50,885 bases of DNA from Dehalococcoidia bacterium. Lineage in GTDB: Bacteria > Chloroflexota > Dehalococcoidia > GIF9 > UBA5629. This document shows, piece by piece, positions 45,768 to 50,885 of the stretch (position 1 is the stretch's first letter; every line of letters starts with the position of its first letter). The translations under genes were made by a program, and so were the position numbers. Location of the stretch: the NCBI GenBank assembly GCA_049513695.1, contig JBEKVW010000001.1, positions 1 through 50,885 on the forward strand, given 5' to 3'. The notes under the pieces were generated by a model that had not been told where the DNA came from, searched no databases, and saw only the letters and a list, made by a program, of their open reading frames with translations.

Positions 45768-47288
45768 GTGAGCAGATTGAAATCCCAGGAAAAAGACATA
45801 GTATCGGTAATAAAAGAACAGATCGAGCACTTCGGTGCCACTGCCACCATGGTAGACGTTGGAACCGTGGTAGAAGTCGGCGACGGTGTCGCCCGCATCC
45901 AGGGCTTACGCAAGGCTAAGAATAATGAATTGCTGGCCTTCCCCAACGGCATAATGGGACTGGCACTCAACCTGGAAGAAGATAATGTGGCCGCAGTTAT
46001 TCTTGGTGAATACAGCCATCTCAAGGAAGGCGATGAAGTGCATTGCACCGGTCGCGTCGTAGAAGTCCCGGTTGGAAAAGAGCTCATCGGCCGTGTAGTA
46101 AATACGCTGGGTCAGCCGTTGGACGGTCTGGGACCCGTCAAGACATCCAAGACCCGCCCTGTCGAACGTATCGCCCCCAACGTCGTAGACAGGCAGCCGG
46201 TAAACGTTTCCGTTCATACAGGTATAAAATGCGTGGATGCGCTCATACCTATCGGACGCGGACAGCGCGAACTTATCATCGGCGACCGCTCCATCGGTAA
46301 ATCGGCGGTTGCGATCGACACTATCATTGCGCAGAAAGGCAAAGACCTGATCTGTATTTACGTGGCCATCGGCCAGAAAACGGCCAAGGTCGCCAATGTC
46401 GTAGAAACATTGAGGAAATACGGCGCCATGGATCACACTGTGGTCGTGGTTGCCTCCGCCTCCGATCCCGCCTCAATGCAATATCTGTCAGCCTATGCAG
46501 GCTGCGCTATCGGCGAAGAGTTCATGGAGCAGGGCAAGGATGCCTTAATAATATATGATGACCTTTCCAAGCATGCCTGGGCCTACCGCCAGGTATCGCT
46601 GATCCTGCGCCGGCCGCCCGGCCGTGAAGCCTATCCGGGCGATGTGTTCTATCTGCATTCCAGGCTTCTAGAGCGCGCTGCCAAGCTCTCCGCAGAGCTC
46701 GGCGGTGGTTCTCTTACCGCCCTGCCTGTCATCGAAATCCAGGCCGGCGACATGTCGGCTTATATACCCACCAACGTTATCTCCATCACCGACGGCCAGA
46801 TACTGCTGGAAACAGATATGTTCAATGCCGGTATTCGTCCTTCGCTGAACGTAGGCCTTTCGGTATCCCGCGTAGGCGGCAATGCTCAAACTAAAGCCAT
46901 GCGCCAGGTTGCCGGCAAACTCAGGCTGGATATGGCCCAGTATGCCGAGCTGGCAACGTTCGCGCAGTTCGGCGCTTCGGACCTGGACAAAGCTACCCTG
47001 GCACAACTGGAACGCGGCAAGCGTATGACCGAGATCCTCAAGCAGCCGCAATATGCACCTCTTTCGCTGGAAAATGAAGTCATGATACTCTTTGCCGTTA
47101 CCAACGGGTTCATTGATGACGTACCCGTCGACAAGGTATCCGCCTTCGAGAATGCATTCTACAAATTCATGGCCAACAGCCACCCTCAGGTCGGCCAAAA
47201 GATAGCAGCCGATAAGCAGTTGAAACCGGAAATTGAAGCAGAACTCAAGAAGGCAATTGCAGAATTTAAACAGAGTTCTGCTTATTGA
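45768..47288 (+). CDS. atpA: F0F1 ATP synthase subunit alpha
   Basis: 506 aa, GTG start. Walker [10 protein letters not shown] and YDDLSKHA. Confidence 0.97.
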   Translation: MSRLKSQEKDIVSVIKEQIEHFGATATMVDVGTVVEVGDGVARIQGLRKAKNNELLAFPNGIMGLALNLEEDNVAAVILGEYSHLKEGDEVHCTGRVVEVPVGKELIGRVVNTLGQPLDGLGPVKTSKTRPVERIAPNVVDRQPVNVSVHTGIKCVDALIPIGRGQRELIIGDRSIGKSAVAIDTIIAQKGKDLICIYVAIGQKTAKVANVVETLRKYGAMDHTVVVVASASDPASMQYLSAYAGCAIGEEFMEQGKDALIIYDDLSKHAWAYRQVSLILRRPPGREAYPGDVFYLHSRLLERAAKLSAELGGGSLTALPVIEIQAGDMSAYIPTNVISITDGQILLETDMFNAGIRPSLNVGLSVSRVGGNAQTKAMRQVAGKLRLDMAQYAELATFAQFGASDLDKATLAQLERGKRMTEILKQPQYAPLSLENEVMILFAVTNGFIDDVPVDKVSAFENAFYKFMANSHPQVGQKIAADKQLKPEIEAELKKAIAEFKQSSAY

Positions 47289-47297
47289 GGCGATTAG

Positions 47298-49557
<2,260 letters not shown>

Positions 49558-49559
49558 TT

Positions 49560-50000
49560 ATGCCGACTATAAAGTTAGAGGTTGTCACTGCTGAACGCCA
49601 GGTCTTTTCCGAGGACGTGACCACCATCATTGCCGAGGGCGTAGATGGGCAGATGACTATTCTTCCCAAGCATGCCCCCCTGATCACCATGCTGGCGCCG
49701 GGTGAACTGGTTATCCGCAAAGACGGCGAAGAGATGTATATGTCTATAAGCGGCGGATTCCTCGAGGTCAGGCCGGACAAAGTAATCGTACTGGCAGATG
49801 CCTGCGAACGCAGCGATGAGATCGATATCGAGCGCGCAAAGGAAGCCAAGAAAAGAGCTGAGGAAAGGCTGAAGAACCTTACAGACGAGATCGACCAGAG
49901 CAGAGCAGAGGCAGCTCTGAGACGGTCTATGGCCCGCTTGCGTGTTGTCGAGAAACGCCGCAGGACTCCCGGATACAGGCCAAGCGGCACATCAGTATAA
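49560..50000 (+). CDS. atpC: F0F1 ATP synthase subunit epsilon
   Basis: MPTIKLEVVTAERQVFSEDV... starting at the ATG at 49560, right after the atpD stop. The ORF-track start at 49473 lies inside atpD. Confidence 0.92.
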   Translation: MPTIKLEVVTAERQVFSEDVTTIIAEGVDGQMTILPKHAPLITMLAPGELVIRKDGEEMYMSISGGFLEVRPDKVIVLADACERSDEIDIERAKEAKKRAEERLKNLTDEIDQSRAEAALRRSMARLRVVEKRRRTPGYRPSGTSV

Positions 50001-50010
50001 TCTAGATACA

Positions 50011-50058
50011 AAAATATAAGCCAATATCGATCGCACGGTCGATATTGGCTTTTTTATT
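50011..50058. terminator. Bidirectional rho-independent terminator between atpC and the convergent rpsP-KH unit
   Basis: AAAAATAT, AAGCCAATATCGA (50018-50030), an 8-nt loop, TCGATATTGGCTT (50039-50051), then TTTTATT. The 13-bp perfect stem is flanked by an A-tract and a T-tract. Confidence 0.85.
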
Positions 50059-50072
50059 AATCGGATTTGGTT

Positions 50073-50303
50073 TTAGACGATTTCCAGTCTAACCCTGGTA
50101 CCTTCTTTAGTGGCTACCACACGTAACAGGGTACGCATAGCTTCGGCAACCCTACCCTGCTTGCCTATCACCCTGCCCTTATCCTCCGCATTGACTTCCA
50201 GTTTGATAACTACCCCACCCGAGTCAGTCTCTTCAGTTACTTTGACATCATTGGGTGCGCTGACGATGGACTTGGAAATGTATTCGACTAACTCCTTCAT
50301 CAT
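50073..50303 (-). CDS. KH domain-containing RNA-binding protein (YlqC/UPF0109 family)
   Basis: 76 aa. [18 protein letters not shown] (GxxG KH motif). 4-nt overlap with rpsP. Confidence 0.88.
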   Translation of the reverse strand: MMKELVEYISKSIVSAPNDVKVTEETDSGGVVIKLEVNAEDKGRVIGKQGRVAEAMRTLLRVVATKEGTRVRLEIV

Positions 50304-50644
50304 GCCTTCACCTCAGTACTAGATTTAGATTTTTTCTTCTGTTTCTGAGTAGTCTTCTGTACCGCCTGCCTGAACTTCCTGGTCGGATGAGCCGATTTAA
50401 ATTTGTCCATAACCCCGGCTTTGGACAACAATCTATACGTTGTCTCAGATGGCTGAGCACCTTTCTCTAACCATGCCAGGGCTTTTTCCTCGTCAACATT
50501 TATAGTTTCGGGATCGTTAAGGGGATTATAATTCCCGATAACTTCAATAAAGGCGCCTTCCCGAGGTGACCTGCTATCTGTTACTACGATTCTGTACATT
50601 GGCTTGTGTCGGGCGCCTATTCTTCTTAACCTGATTTTTACCAT
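50300..50644 (-). CDS. rpsP: 30S ribosomal protein S16 (with Lys-rich C-terminal extension)
   Basis: 114 aa. Begins [41 protein letters not shown]. Confidence 0.95.
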   Translation of the reverse strand: MVKIRLRRIGARHKPMYRIVVTDSRSPREGAFIEVIGNYNPLNDPETINVDEEKALAWLEKGAQPSETTYRLLSKAGVMDKFKSAHPTRKFRQAVQKTTQKQKKKSKSSTEVKA

Positions 50645-50685
50645 GATCTCAGTCTAACTTAATTAGTCCTCCATTTTTATTCGCT

Positions 50686-50714
50686 ATTATGCATGAAGCA
50701 TATATACCTGTCAA
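50686..50714 (-). promoter_or_regulatory. Predicted sigma70 promoter of rpsP
   Basis: Minus strand reads TTGACA (50714-50709), a 17-nt spacer, then CATAAT (50691-50686). This is about 40 nt upstream of the ATG at 50644. Confidence 0.6.
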
Positions 50715-50783
50715 CAATATCACAGATTGCGCCACTCTCATTTTGGATGGAAACAAGATAAGTTTCTGAAATGAAAACCGATT

Positions 50784-50885
50784 TTATTCCACTTTAAAGG
50801 GGACGGACAGTTTTTCTGTGCCATTAACCGATATGACCACCTTATAGTCGCCCTTGTCCCAACTGCCGTTATTAGGTGCGTCAAG
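50784..50885 (-). CDS. 3' end of an unidentified protein-coding gene (partial, enters from the right edge)
   Basis: Open frame LDAPNNGSWDKGDYKVVISVNGTEKLSVPFKVE followed by a stop (TAA at 50786-50784). Too short to assign a function. Confidence 0.4.
   Translation of the reverse strand, partial: LDAPNNGSWDKGDYKVVISVNGTEKLSVPFKVE

Overview
This window is a gene-dense (roughly 90% coding) chromosomal core region of a bacterium. I found no transposase, integrase, prophage, CRISPR array, tRNA or obvious defence or biosynthetic island.

The local gene orders (clpC-radA-ispD-ispF-cysS, holB-ricT, rplI-dnaB, yceD-rpmF-fab remnant, a complete F1Fo atp operon) and the abundance of near-consensus sigma70 promoters suggest a streamlined monoderm-type genome, possibly Chloroflexota or Dehalococcoidia-like. 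That placement is an unverified inference.

Content from left to right:
- A partial HlyD-type efflux adaptor preceded by two paralogous MarR regulators.
- A YtxH/DUF948-like stress pair. The YtxH gene is missing from the ORF track.
- gatB, secG, a DUF62 SAM hydrolase and cysS-ispF-ispD-radA-clpC.
- A stand-alone 5S rRNA gene, then ruvB and rpoC-rpoB.
- lysA-holB-ricT.
- An HNH gene at the end of an rplI-dnaB-dnaD-like-loader operon.
- yceD-rpmF-fabD-like-nusB-ACP-like, then mfd, tspO and nadC.
- A Fur-family-nikMN-nikQ-nikO metal uptake operon.
- dtd and a DUF151 nuclease.
- atpZ-B-E-F-H-A-G-D-C, then rpsP and a KH-domain gene.

I do not see a self-contained novel multi-gene system. The observations most worth follow-up are:
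1. An internally duplicated DnaC/DnaI-type helicase loader with a zinc ribbon. Its 5' end overlaps the dnaD-like gene by 86 nt.
2. A FabD homologue lacking the nucleophilic Ser (GHGAGE) together with an ACP homologue lacking the phosphopantetheine Ser (DP instead of DS), in a remnant fab cluster.
3. An orphan 5S rRNA gene that looks like its own transcription unit.
4. A NikM/CbiM gene whose conserved Met1-His2 N-terminus can only be made from an ATA (or ATC) start codon.
5. A His-rich tail on the ECF ATPase.

All promoter and terminator calls rest on consensus and hairpin inspection only. RNA ends are accurate to a few nucleotides at best.
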